A stretch of DNA of 64,000 nucleotides from Leucoraja ocellata (Eukaryota): contig JAWMAR010000008.1 of assembly GCA_036785375.1 (NCBI GenBank), positions 9,424,001 to 9,488,000 of the forward strand, written 5' to 3'. Made by a program: the position numbers and the translations under genes. Shown one piece after another: positions 49,338-62,472 of this stretch. Numbering within the stretch: the first letter of the stretch is position 1; every line of letters begins with the position of its first letter. Under the pieces are notes generated by a model. That model was not told where the DNA came from, searched no databases, and was given only the letters and a program-made list of their open reading frames with translations.

Positions 49338-51529
49338 AGAATCCATATCGGCTCACAATGTCCATACTAGCCCTCTGGAAACCAGTCCCTTCGGCTCACA
49401 ACACCCATACTAGCACTCCAGAAAGCCCCCCCCCCCCCTCCCCACTGGCCCCAACGGGTCCCACTTAGTCTAGTATTGTATTAAATAGCATAAAACATTC
49501 TACAATATTCTAGTGCCCTTTTGGTTCCAAGATACCTGCTGTACCTCTATTTTAAACCATATATTTTAATTACATTTCAAACAGTTACTAAGCTGTAAAT
49601 GCTTAAAGTGCCTGTCATAACCAGTGGGGTTTACAAAGCAGGACTGATGTGTAAAGGTCTCTCACTTTTCATTTCATGTGTGAACCAATGGTCTAAATGG
49701 AATGCTTTGCAACGCTCTGCTTATGAATCATTTAAAGCCAAAGACTGTAGAGGACATGTAGGTCAACATGCTTGCAAATAACCCCAATAGATCAATGGGC
49801 TTGGTGATGTCCAAAACCAGTTACATTTCTGTGTCAGGTTATATTGAGCTTAACAGTGGGATGGTAATAAATAGACTGTAATAAATGACCTACTGAATCT
49901 GTTCTGATTCTTACATATTACATTGGGCAATGTAGATATAGACTGTACTTTGTAAAACTACCACCTCCTATCAAAGCCTTTCTCTTCCTCGCCTTTGTTT
50001 TCTGATATTTTGTCAAACAGAAAAACAATTTCACAGCACCCCAGATGCCTTTTATCAACTCGATTCTAGAGGTCATTGCGCAGTGTGATTCACATACTAA
50101 ACATGACTAAATCATTAAATGCATGCAGTGTCAGCTGAAGGAGTAAATTTAAAACAACATTTTTAATGGTTACATTATTTTCACAAAAGCATAATAACAT
50201 GTATGCTGAGAATTGGTGACTATTCATCTAATTTAAACATATGTACATGTAATTCTCATGAAAGGTCATTGACCAGAAACATTAGTCCTGTTTTTCCTCT
50301 CGCCATAGAGCATGTCTAGCATTTTTGTTGAACTACTTTTCCTCATTTAAGGAAATAGACCAATATTGACTGTGAAGCTGGCGACAAAATATATGTTTGA
50401 CCAAGTATTCACGATTGCTCTTAGTCTGCTATCACAGTTGCTCTTTGGAGATTCATCTATCAATAGCTTAGAGACAGTGCATTCTAATGGATTTCTCATT
50501 GTGTACTCTCATTTTAATTCCACGATTCCATGAGAGGTTTGAGAAATTTAGATTCCCTGGGCTTTGTGCTAATTGTTTCAATTCTCACCCTCTGTCTCTA
50601 AAATAGTTCATATTACTTTAAAGGGCATTTGAGTGTCAAAACTAACTTTACCACTGTAATATTTAGTACAAATTATCTGAAAATGAACACTATGAAAAGA
50701 CAAAGAGATTTGGGGAAAAAAAATATTCGTATCTGATTTCTCACGGATTATGATCGAGGAAGAGACACTGGCAATTTTTAGGGGAAAATTTATTAATACT
50801 TGAAACAGTGATCCAGGATGGTGGGGAAAGGACAGAACAGCAGGTTTCCAGCACATAAATGATGCCTCAAGTAGACTCACAATCTATAAACCTCTCTGAC
50901 ATTGCAAAATATTCTTACTTTATGCACTTCATTCATTACTTTCGGCTCCCAGCTGTGCTCAATTTCAATACAATATCAATGTTAATGGGTTCATTCATTT
51001 ACAATAATAGGAAGTAAAATACTTCTATTGACCCATATGCCATCATCTCTAGGGTTGGCATATATATTTTTCAATTGACCTGTAATTATTTTAGAAAATT
51101 GTAGGTCTTTTAAAAGTGCAATAAACAGTGCTAATGACTGGAAGGTTGGCAAACAATCTCATTTCAATAGCATCTTTAAATATTAAAAATACACAACTTT
51201 GTTCGGTGTTATTGATATCCTGAAAATGGCACAGTAACACGATGGAGAAATGTATTTGTGCAGCGAACTGTGCTCTAAAGTAGTGTTACGAGATGGGGTG
51301 GGGATATGGATAGGAACATGTATTTCGTTTGGACCTCCAGGGGTCCAAATGACAATTAAATTGACTCTGACTCTGACATGTATTTATCTGCCTTGCTTTC
51401 ACTTATGGCAACGGTTGGTGCATTTAAGCAGCATGTTTAGCACCATCTTTAGTATTAGTAGGGCATTTCTAGGAGACCCATGCACCAGCCTGTGGTTGGC
51501 ATGCTTGCCTTCAACAATCAAAGTATTTT

Positions 51530-52065
51530 GTACAGGAGTCGGGATGTCATTTTATAGCTGTGCAAATGTTAGTTCAGGCCACATTTGGAGCATTGTGTAC
51601 TGTCATGGTCACCCAGCTACAGGACCCGATAGGAAAAATATCATTAAACAGGAAAGGGTTAAACAAAAAAGATTTACGATGATATCACTGGGTCTGAAGG
51701 GTTTGAGTTAAGGAGAGGCTAGGTCTTTTTTCCCTGGCTCATAGGAGGTTGAGGAGTAATCTTATCAAGGTTTACAAAATCATGAAAGGCAGATGTAAGG
51801 TGAATAACCACAGTGTTTTTCCCATGATAGGGGCGTCTAAAAGTAGAGGTCAAAGATTTAAAGGTGAGAGAGGAAAGATCTAAAAGGGAATGGAGAAACA
51901 ATGCTTTCACATAGAAGGTGGTGTGTACATGCAACGAGTTGTCAGAGGAAGGGGTTGAGGCGGGCACAATTACAACATTTAAGAGACACTTCGATGGATA
52001 GACACTTTGGTTGGTATGCACAGGTTGGGCTGATAAACCTGTCTCCATGCTGTATGACTCTATGA
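51530..52065 (+). mobile_element. Decayed CR1 LINE 3' end
   Basis: gttagttcaggccacatttggagcattgtgtac...aggttgaggagtaatcttatc...cctgtctccatgctgtatgactctatga. Confidence 0.75.
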
Positions 52066-54271
52066 GTAACCCCATGTAGTAAAACATCTCTTGCCTTCTT
52101 TCAGGATGAGTACATCCCACTCTAACTGTGCCCGCTCTGATGCCTGTTCATTAGTAGTACAGATCATTGCTACTCATGATGAGAAGGTGCCGGTCCAAAG
52201 CCAAGCCTCCCGATCCCAATATTGCTTGCAGTCACACCTCACAGCCATCTATAGCCTTCTGCACTGTAAGAGCTGGCAACCATTCAACAGCTTGGCAACA
52301 ACCACTGAATGAGCATTCCATGGATGAACTGGGAGAGATAAAGCCGTCAGAAACAGGCACCAGGGGAAACACTAAGACAAGCAATTATCAATTGCATGGT
52401 TATAGTAATGATGTATAAAATTGCCTAACATGTTATGTGTTCTAGTGGACGCTGAGATAATCAGCAAAAAAATAGCATGATAATTCAGGATTTGGGTTTT
52501 CTTTCTCTGTAAATGCTCATGGCTGGTGCATCACAGGGAGGTCATTATGTTTTGAAAATCCCTGTGTGCCAATAGGACTTACCTGCCCATTGTGCCCATC
52601 TGGACTTGCACCTATTTCTCCCCTCACAATCCCCTTCGATGAACATTCCTTCTACTACTTTCACAATTCACAAATCTTCAATCAAGTTAACGCTTCTTCA
52701 ATGGTTTTGGGAGTAGGTGGAGAAAATTCTTCCCAAACGTACTTTTCACAAAAATGAAACTTTCCTGCAAGTTCAGGGGCGGCGTCTAACTGCAATAATT
52801 GCATCCTCCAATTTATTGTTGAAGCCGCAGTAGTTATGTGACTGGTCCAGATCGTTTCCTCATGATATTGTTGGTAAGAAACTGAACAATGCTAATGCTA
52901 TTGATACTATTGAACGCAAAAGGAAAATCATTAAATTGCTTTTGGTTGTCAGTACTAAATGTTAAGCACTAGTGTAACACTATGGTAACATACTGCTTAT
53001 TGCCCCAATTCTAAGTGTGGGAAGATCTTGCCGAAAGAAGGCACAGGCACTCTCTGAAATAACCATCTCAGCTGACAGAACATCTTCTTCCCTTTGCTAC
53101 TCTCCTTTTTTCCTCCATCCATGCAACATTGTGAACTTGCAGCACTGGGGAAACTCTGATGGAAGCACCACAATATACCTACTGGCCTTGTGGATGTGGG
53201 TGCAATTACATTTTCCAGCACTTCCTGGAGGCAGGAGCTCTTGACCACAGGAGCCACATGCTCTGAATGAATGCGCTACAGGCACTGATCAGCCTCATAA
53301 CTGTGCGGTCATTCTGACAATGTTCACATGCTAATTCCACATTCAGGGAGTGACTGCCAGTTGATGAACAGCCAAGGATTTGCATGTTAAGCTCAGAGTT
53401 AGACACATGTCCAGTCCATCACTCCCCGAATCCAGCCCACGGTGTGGGAAAATCTGGAAGTCTGCACTTTTGCTACTCTCTAAATGAAGAGACATATTGC
53501 CTTCTTATTTTTGGAAAGAATCCATCAGCTTGAGAATGCACTTTGTGCTGCAAACTGATTGTATGTGCACATCACCTGCTGCCACGTGGGATGAGACTGA
53601 GGTTAAGCAGTTCAATGCTTTAGTGACTTTCATCTCCACAGATAACAACATAGAACAGTGCAGCATTGCAATTGGTCTTCTGGCCCTCAATGCTTCTGCT
53701 GAACATGATGCAAAATTAAACTAATCCCTTCAGCCTGCACATGATGTATATCCTTCCATTTCCTGCATATTAATGTGCCTACCTTAAAGCCTCCTAAACT
53801 TGTTACACCTTCACTTGTTGGTTAACTGGGAAACTATGTAATCCTTGTACTAAAGTCATTAACTCAAATAAATCCCCCCCCCCCCCCACGCGTCAATTCC
53901 AAACAGACCTCTGGGGATTTAAGGATACATTTGGGTTGGGACGAGGTTGTTCCAACCAAATGTCCTGTCCCTGGTCTGCACCACTCTGCTCGGTACACAT
54001 AAGAACCAAACACCAAGTAGGCTCTGTGTGTTTCTGGCACACACACATCTCATGGTTTCATGTCACAAGCCGTATGAGATGTGCTATACTGTAATTTGTC
54101 AATTGTGAATTCTGAGTCAAGTGCATTAAAAAAATTGTTCCCATACTTAACATGTTGGTACAGAATCTGAATCTTCGCTGGCAGATAAAAAATACTTCAT
54201 GCAATTGCACCCAGTACGTCCTTGGAGCATAATGCATCCTCTAGCCACTGCCACCTCTAACTCAGCTATGC

Positions 54272-54358
54272 AACATAGAAACATAGAAAATAGGTGCAGG
54301 AGTAGGCCATTCGGCCTTTCGAGCCTGCACCGCCATTCAATATGATTATGGCTGATCA
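54272..54358 (-). mobile_element. CR1 3' tail (same subfamily as 25201)
   Basis: catagaaacatagaaaataggtgcaggagtaggccattcgg... Confidence 0.8.
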
Positions 54359-57300
54359 ACACAATCAGAACATCCATATTTTTAATTTTTTTGTAACTCA
54401 GCTAGCAAATTTTTAAGATGTTTTGACCGGTTTTAGTTTTAGTTTTCATTTAATTGTTTTGAATGCAACCAGTGTTGTAAGTAAAGATTAGCTGAACACA
54501 GTTGAACCTTCTATGGTTAAGTCTGTTGCCTTAATCCAAATTACAAAATTCAAAAGCAGTTCAGAAATACTTCATTAGCTGGAAAGCCAATTTTTAAAGA
54601 TTTAGAGATGCAAGGTCGCAAATGGCATTTTATAAATGGAACTTTTTTTTGCAAAGGATGCACTCGACGATTCTATAACTTGGAGCCCTTAATTCAAAGG
54701 AGACCATGTTCCATCCTCCAGCAGTATATTTACCCCTGGGAAATCCCTTGCTAATGCCTCATCATTCGTCTTTCTTCAGTCATTAGGGAGTCTGCAAATA
54801 TAAGTTTCTCTATAAATAAAATACATTTCCTTAGAGACTAATATATAGTAAAGCCTGTTAAGAACAGTTCAGAGGACGGACTTACTCCCTGTAGTTCACA
54901 CTGTCTAAATAAAACAGCTTAAAGCTGCTATATTCTACAATAAAACCTGCTGAAGCTTGCACTATATTGAATATTTGCAGTACATCTCTCTCCAAATACT
55001 GTTCGTAGCATGTGAAGATATAACTGGCACTATAGGCCAAGCAAAGACAATGTAATATAGATCAGCAATAAATATTGCATAGAAGAGAGGTGGAAGAGGG
55101 GGTTGGGTTACATTTTCGCATCTGCGAAAGGTTATTTGATATCAGGGATTAAAAACTGAAATGCTCCATGAGAAACCATAACACACATAAACTGTAACTA
55201 TTAAATAAATGTTGTTTTGCTGTTAGTGAATTCATAAATAAAATACATCATATAAAAATTCTCTCTGCATAGATTACTAAGCAGTTACCTATCACCATGA
55301 ACATATTTTATTAATTTAGTCATGAGATGCTTTTATCCACAGAAGCGCCATAATAGTAAACAAAATGTGTATCTGATTCAAAATGGTTACTTGCAATAGT
55401 CTAAAAATATATGCATTTGTGATGATAAATCATTCCAGTATTCATTCAACAGTCCATTATCTCTGATACAATAATGTCCGCCTGATTAGCAAAGTTTTGC
55501 ATCTTGCTGTTTCAATTAGTGTATTCCTTTATCACTGGTTCAAACATTGCACAGTCTAACCAACATAAGCCAAGAGTCATGTTACTGTATTTATCCATCC
55601 ATTTGTTACCCTTATCAAGTAACAGCTCTGCATCTGCTGCCCTTTGAATGCAAAGCACTCTATTCAACAACAATATACTGTATCACAATGATCACATCGC
55701 CGATTATGGACTTGAATCCCGAGCAACAGCCAAGTATTGTCACCCCAAACGAGCCTTGAAGACAAATTTACTGCTTGTAGAATGCAGCCAGTTATAAATA
55801 TTACCAAGATTGCAAGTCTTCTTGCTTCATATGAAGGAGATGGGTGGGATAATTCATGGCTCGTGAATTAAATGATACCCTGAAGCCATTGTGCATTATC
55901 TTGTGGAATACCAAATAGCTTTTATAAACCCAAGTACACTCAAATCCACAAGGAAAGACATATCCAAGTAGTGGGACGAAGTCTGGAATTTAGTGAAATA
56001 TTCCTGGGATGTACGGCTTCTATGGGGAGTACATGGAAGATCTAACAGGATAATGAATAATTGATCCTGGGATTACAGGATAAGTAATTAACATGAAATT
56101 GTGTGTGTGCAGATTTGAGTTTTTGATAAGAATTAAATGTCTTCTGCGACATTCATAGAGTGATAAAATAATACAGCATGAAAGCAAGAACATCAGCCCA
56201 CTGTATCCATGGTGACCATCAAGCATTAATCTACACTAATCCTATGTGTTTATCCCCACATTTCCACCAACCAGGGCAGCAATGTTGAGTTGGGCCGAAG
56301 GGTTCGTTTCTTTGCTGTATAACTCTATGAAACTCATGTGAAATTGGTCCCTTCACATGCAATTGGGAACGGAACCTCCAGGCCCCTGCATCAATTGGCA
56401 GCCTGCTTTTCCACCAATCGATGGTACATTGAGATATTTTTGGTGCACCCGAACTGGGAAGTCTCAGAAGAGTTGGTACAGGCCTCCATCCAAAAGGATA
56501 GGAGATGTTGCTGCAATACTGCAGGAGGTTGAAGAATTTTGGAAAATATTTTAAATACTACACTGGAGTAGCAACTTGCAAGACAATTATAGTCCATGAC
56601 GGGGTTCTGCCAACTGGCACAGCGTGCAATTAACAGTGGAACTTTAGTTTTTTTAATAAAATATTTCAACTCTTAATTATCAATTTTAAATGAAGCAGCC
56701 AACCTCAATGAAAATCAATACTCCTTCTACATCTGGGGGGTTGGGTCTGCGACCTGGTTCATCAATAGGTAATTGAAATCTACCGCTATTACTGTCCTAC
56801 TGTAAATTTGTCTTTCTATTTCCCTCGGATTGTTTAAAGATCTATTGTGCACCCCCACACACATCTCTTTACTTCAATGCGTATAGACTCAATTCATATT
56901 CCTTCAAAAAGGTTATCCCTTCTCACAGCTCTGACTGTTTCTTTAAACAATACTGCCCATCTCCTTCCTTTATATGCCCCTCTTGAACTCATCTGAAATC
57001 CCCCATGGCCAGGAATGTGAAGATACAGGTTCTGCCTTCTTAAGCTACGTTTCTGTAATTGCTAACAATATTATACTTCCACCTGTCTGTCAGTGACCCC
57101 TTTCTGTCTATTTTCTAGCCATTATTTGCTCTGCCATTCAAACTCTCTCACTGATTTTCTGTCATCTATTTCCAGTTCTCCCTTCTGAATTGGTGCTCCC
57201 ATCATTGATCCCATTGGCACTTTTTTTTCTCACAGTTTACCAATATGAAAATCATCCATTTATCCCGACTCTGTTTTCTCCATGCTTACATATTGCCCCC

Positions 57301-57539
57301 CAACTCCATACCTGTGCAGATATTTTTTTAATGTGGCACCTTATCAAATGGCCTCTGAAAATAGGAGCTCAAATCCCTGTTAATAATTTACATGAATTGT
57401 AATAAAAGGCTAGTGCAAGTTTTCTGATAACAAAGCTATCAAATCACCATTAAAAAGCCATTTGATTCACTAACATTTGGGGGGGGGGGGGGGGGGGGGG
57501 GGGGGAATTCTGCCAACCTTCTGTGGTACAGTGAGGTAG

Positions 57540-57630
57540 ATCTCCAGAGATGCTGCCTGTCCCATTGAGTTACTCCAGCATTTAGTGTCCACCTTCGATG
57601 TAAAGCAGCATCTGCAGTTCTTCCAAACAC
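57540..57630 (+). mobile_element. Penelope pLTR fragment
   Basis: tctccagagatgctgcctgtcccattgagttactccagca...cagcatctgcagttcttcc. Confidence 0.65.
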
Positions 57631-59089
57631 AGTGACGTAGAGGCTGAGTTGCAGACTTCAATCCCGCTGCGGCAATTTAAGGAATATAAACTCAAATTTT
57701 AAATAAATCAGGAATTATAAAAAGAGAAAATATCGGTGGCACCAACCATGAAACAACTGGATTTTTGCAAAGTAACCTGTTGCTCTTAAAGGAAGGAAAT
57801 CTGGTCTCCTTGCTCAGACTGACCTAGTGCCACCTTACACTAGTCAGATTGGTTGATTCTAAACTGCTCTCTCAGTTGAGGAGAATTAGGATAGGCAACA
57901 ATGCCAGCATCATTAATGATGTTAACATTTAAAAAAGAATATGGACCCTCCTTACATTTTATTCCAAGCTCTAGGTATTCCAAGCTCTTGACTGCTCTCT
58001 GAAATACCCTTGCAAGCTATTTGGTTAAACAAATAATTCACCCTTTTCTTAAATAAACAGTTTTAAGTAAAACTGTATCCTATAAACATATTTATTTGCC
58101 TGGAGAATTTGAGCGAAACGCTTCCTGACAATGTACTTCAAAAATCATGTATTATATTTTGTTTTAAATCAGAAACTACTTGCTTCTCTTCTATATTCAT
58201 AAATATTTTAGAAACGTCATAATACAAGCAAAGATGTAAATACTTGCAATCGCATGTTCTTAAATCTATAGAATTATTTTTCAAAGAGAAAAAGATAATT
58301 ATCTTAGCTTTAGTCACTAACAATGTCATCCACGACATGTTTTACGTCTGGAGACTGCAGTGCTCCTGAAGGCAATGTGAACTGCCACTTCCACTGTACC
58401 AATATGTCAATTGCTGAGAAGTCAAGTCCTAAATAAACTTGGTCATAATCAATACTGTGTTTCATTATGTCGTATGTCATGCTGTCTACAGGCATGAAAT
58501 CAATACAGGCCTCCACAATGTATTTCAACGCCATGTATAAAGGTGACACATATGGTATGGAAATTATACTCCAGTACATCAGATTTGCTTACCTTGAAGT
58601 TACAGAGGTGCAAATGCCTAGACATTCATTTGTTTTGTTTATGGGTTCACTGAAGAAGGTCACAAGCGCCTGCAGGAGTTCTGGAGCAATGGACCTGGAA
58701 GACATGGGAAGCAGTATGGGTCCTATTTGCTATTCTGTGAATTTCATGCATTTATTGCATGGCAGTGCTCAGTCCTCAAGGGCATTCAGAGAGAAGTTAC
58801 ACACGTTATGGCTGCCATGAGGAAGAGAGCACTCGGGAAAGAGAAGGAGCTTGAAGGTTCACTGACTGTGCTGCAAGGATTGATTGTGGAGAGAAACTAC
58901 AATAAGGGAGGTATGCTGTGTGCCAGGGAGGCCAGGAGACCTGCTGGTGCTGTGGTTCACCAGAGGTAGCAGAAAGATGCAGAAATTCCGACTTCTGGGA
59001 GTGGAGACCTAGGGAATGGAGCAATGCAGCAAAGATGCAGTGGGTGTGTCCTTAACTGTTTCTCCTTCTCACACAACACATACACAGCT

Positions 59090-59219
59090 TCTTCTTGCGT
59101 ATGGCGTGCACAGCCTAAAGTTGACGGACACTTATTTGATCTTATTTGAATGTGCATGCCAGGTTGATTGAATTCATCGAAACAGGGCAGACCACGTGAA
59201 GGTCGCAATCTCCCACCCC
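59090..59219 (-). mobile_element. 130-bp non-autonomous retroelement (Ingi/Vingi-like) with 5' HDV-like ribozyme and (AAG)n tail
   Basis: TSD acatacacagct (59078-59089) versus atatacacagct (59220-59231), 11/12; minus 3' end GCCATACGCAAGAAGA; the 5' end folds as an HDV double pseudoknot. Confidence 0.75.
59166..59219 (-). ncRNA. Minimal HDV-like self-cleaving ribozyme fold (this copy has U at the catalytic C position)
   Basis: GGGGUGG(P1) GA GAUUGCG(P2) ACC(P3) UUCACGU(L3) GGU CUGCCCU(P1', G1.U wobble) G UUUCGA(P4) U GAA UUCAAUC(P2'). Confidence 0.7.
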
Positions 59220-59584
59220 ATATACACAGCTACTAATGTAAAGACTGTAACTTGACCATCCTTCACTATCTCCTTATTTCAGACTGAGAAGTAGCGGGGG
59301 GGAGGGGGGGGGGAGGCTACAAGATGAGATGGGAATTTTCACAAAGCTGGCGATAAGTGGCCATTCCAGCTCACGGATCCAGGAACTACACTGGTCCAGA
59401 CCGAACTACGAGCAGGGGGTTTGATAAATATCCCTTCCTCTTTGATGATCTATTCCCTGCAAATGCAAAACACAGGCATCTTATTTTTGCACCTCACTTG
59501 AGGATTATCTTTGCAGACTATGAAGAGGGTTCCCCTCTTCTTGCTTTCCCTCTCACTCCCCCTCCCACCAGCTCAGATGCAACA

Positions 59585-59835
59585 GGGTGACACAGCAGTC
59601 GGCATTGCTGCCTCACAAATCCCAGGCACCCGGTTCATTCATAACCTCAGCTGGTGTCCATACGGAGCGTGCACATTTTCTCAGTGCTTCCACTGGGTGC
59701 TCTAGTTTCCTCCCCATATCCCATGGCGTATATTGGCTGCTATAAATTACCCCCCTTAGTCTAGATTAAAAATAATCTAGGTCCAGGCGGACCCGAAGGG
59801 CCTGTTTCCACGCTGTATCTCTTAACTAAACTAGG
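59585..59835 (+). mobile_element. Decayed HE1-like SINE plus tail fragment
   Basis: ggcattgctgcctcacaaatcccaggcacccggttcattc...ttcctccccatatccc; ccgaagggcctgtttccacgctgtatctc. Confidence 0.55.
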
Positions 59836-60506
59836 GTGAACTGAGGGGAATGCGGGTGGGAAAATAAGTGGCGAAGATACTAAGAACTACGAAGAGGAAG
59901 GATGGGACAAATGGGATTGTTCTGCTGTGAGCCTGCATGGATCCCGTGGAATGAATGGCCAAAGAATGATGCAGACTAAGAGGAGTGATTCCGCCTGACA
60001 TCACTTATGTCACATTGACCTGCAGTCACAATGAGAACATGCAAACTCCACATTAACAGCACCAGAGGTTGGGATCAAAACTGGGTCACTGGAGATGTGA
60101 TGCAGCAGCTCTGCTGCGCTACCCAGTCAACTGAAACTGTTGGCTCATCCCAATTTCCACTTAAAATGTTTGCAAGCCTGGAATTGCCTCAGTTGTTCAT
60201 ATTCTTTCTTTTGAATTTAAGGCTACTTCTATATTTACCTCCATTATCTCCACCAGTCTCTAAGATCTCTGCAAATTAGTCATAAGACAAGGAGAGATAC
60301 CAGGCTTTGGTGGGCTGTAGATGGTAGGAAATGTAGGGAAGCCAGTGTGGGGGCTCAACAGACCAAGAGCTGTGCGTAGGACCTGCACCCACCCATTTTC
60401 ACCCACCCATTCACTTCCTAGGGTTAGAGTTAGACATTTCTCCAAGAAGAGCAGGGAACTGTTCAGAATGAGTGGAGCTAACACGAAAGCAGGAAACAAA
60501 CTATCG

Positions 60507-60815
60507 TTTAGTTTAGTAAAGAGATACAGCGCAGAAACAGACCCTTCTGGTCCGCATCGACAAGCGATCCCCGCACATTAACACTATCCTCCACAAACTG
60601 GGGACAATTTACACTTATACCAAGCCAATTAACCTACAAACTTGTACATCTTTGGAGTGTGGGAGGAAACCGAATATCTCGGAGAAAACCCAGGCAGTCA
60701 CGGGGTGAACATACAAACTCCGTACAGACAGCACCCATAGTCGGGATTGAACCCAGGTCTCCGACGCTGCAAGCACTGTAATGCTGCAACTCTACCGCTG
60801 CGCCACTGTGCCGCC
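60507..60815 (-). mobile_element. HE1-like SINE, near full length
   Basis: Head CGGCACAGTGGCGCAGCGGTAGAGTTGCAGC...CTGGGTTCAATCCCG; tail (CTAAA)n. Confidence 0.88.
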
Positions 60816-61019
60816 GATTGGGAAACAGAATCTGACAGCTGCCTCTGTCATCGGCTTGGAGGTGAAAGTAGTCACAGCGTCATGGTTCACCTTGTGTGGT
60901 GAGCGACCCAGTCGTATTGTAAAGGTTGACTAATAATGAAACTCGCTCTTAAGAAAAACCTTCCTGTTATTAAATTGTTCCTAACAGCACTTCCAAAATA
61001 ACCTGTGGAGAGACATGGC

Positions 61020-61155
61020 ATAAGGTCATGTGATAGGAGCAGAATTAGGCCTTTCAGCCCATCAAGTCTACTCCACTATTTAGCCATGGCTCATCTATCT
61101 CTCCCTCCTAACCCCATTCTCCTTCCTTCCCCCCATAACCGCTGCCACCTGTAAT
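61020..61155 (-). mobile_element. CR1 3' tail (different subfamily)
   Basis: taaggtcatgtgataggagcagaattaggcc...ctaaccccattctcc. Confidence 0.65.
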
Positions 61156-62247
61156 CACCATGTGATTATCTTCTTCACTATGTTGGGCGTCTTCCTCCTC
61201 CAGTGGCACTTCTTCTCACACTCATCCTTGTTCTCCTCCCCTCCAGCTCCAGGTGTCCTTCAGCTGGAGGATTTGCCTCATTACCCAATGGAGGGGTGGG
61301 GCTACATTCTGCTGTGCAGCGGTGGTGCAGTGGGCAGCAAGTGACCACCGGGTGGAAGTGTTTGAAGAATCAAACGGCATCAGAGGCCGCAGAGCTGGTG
61401 AAATACGGAAAATGCTGTTAGCACTCAGCAGATTACCACAGAGTTCCTGGCGTGTTCTGATTTAATTGGTTGTGCTTCTGCATTAGACTCCAGACTGATG
61501 GAGTTGATAGATGCACTGGCATTGTCCCCCAGTGTCCTGATTGGTCTGGCACTCACTATGGTAACCATGAGACCTGGTGGTCTGTAGAGAGGTAGAGCAG
61601 GTGCTGTTAATCACCAACACGGTACACCCAACACAAAACTAAACTAAGTAGCCAGCAAAGACAAAGCCAGGGAAAACCCACTACCAGGATTTACCAGCAT
61701 TTGGATATGCAAGGCTTAATTAGTGATAGTCAGCATGCCTTTCTGCTTGTGGAAATTCTCTTCAGCTTTACCTTATAATAAAAATATTAAAGCAGCATTT
61801 TGAAAACTTGTATCCAAAAGACAATCATAATATTTCAGGCATCACGTAGAAGGTGTCATACTCATAAGTATCTCTCCACATTTATAAATATATAGCATAA
61901 ACATTGAGCAGACATATATGAAAGCAACCATTGAAGTACTAAATAGAAAACTAGTCAATAAAAAGTTAGCAAGTGGGAATCATTAATGTAATTGGAAGGA
62001 CCAATGTTAGTACAAAAGGTATGTTTCAAAACACGACTTGGCCAGCATTTTATTTTACCTGGGACTCGCAATACAATAGCATATAGGTTTGACAGTGAGT
62101 CAGGAGCTTATGAGTTCAAGTGCCATTCCAGGACTTGAGCACATAATTGCCACAGGCAATTCAGTGTAGTTCTGCATTATTACTTTAAACAAATCAAATT
62201 AAGAGTTAAGAGTGTTTAATCATCATATGTATTTAAAAGGGAACAAT

Positions 62248-62376
62248 AGATAGACACAAAAATCTGGAGTAACTCAGCGGGACAGGCAGCATCTCTGGCG
62301 AGAAGGAATGGGTGACGTTTCGGGTTGAGACCCCTCAGGATTTAAACCAGCATCTGCAGATCCTTCTTACACATAC
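62248..62376. mobile_element. Penelope pLTR insertion with inversion and 11-bp TSD
   Basis: TSD aagggaacaat at 62237-62247 and 62377-62387. Confidence 0.8.
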
Positions 62377-62472
62377 AAGGGAACAATGACTTGTTGCAGC
62401 TGGACAAGCCTGCAAATGAAATAACAGACAGATAAATATATAACAATCAAAAGTACAATAAATTAATAACCA

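Larger units (their letters stand above)
48588..49473 (+). mobile_element. Non-autonomous Helitron with internal minisatellites
   Basis: A|TCTATATAACTAAAAG 5' end; subterminal hairpin-like GCCCCAACGGGTC; CTAG|T 3' end; inserted at an AT target with no TSD. Confidence 0.8.

Noticed and set aside
57479-57505. Long G homopolymer (also C/G runs at ~19120, 45219, 49426, 53874 and 59295) as G-quadruplex candidates
   Set aside because: Simple homopolymers of uncertain length, common in this genome type; no specific evidence of function.
58310-59024. Cluster of 70-117-aa ORFs on both strands
   Set aside because: No recognisable domain and no consistent exon boundaries.
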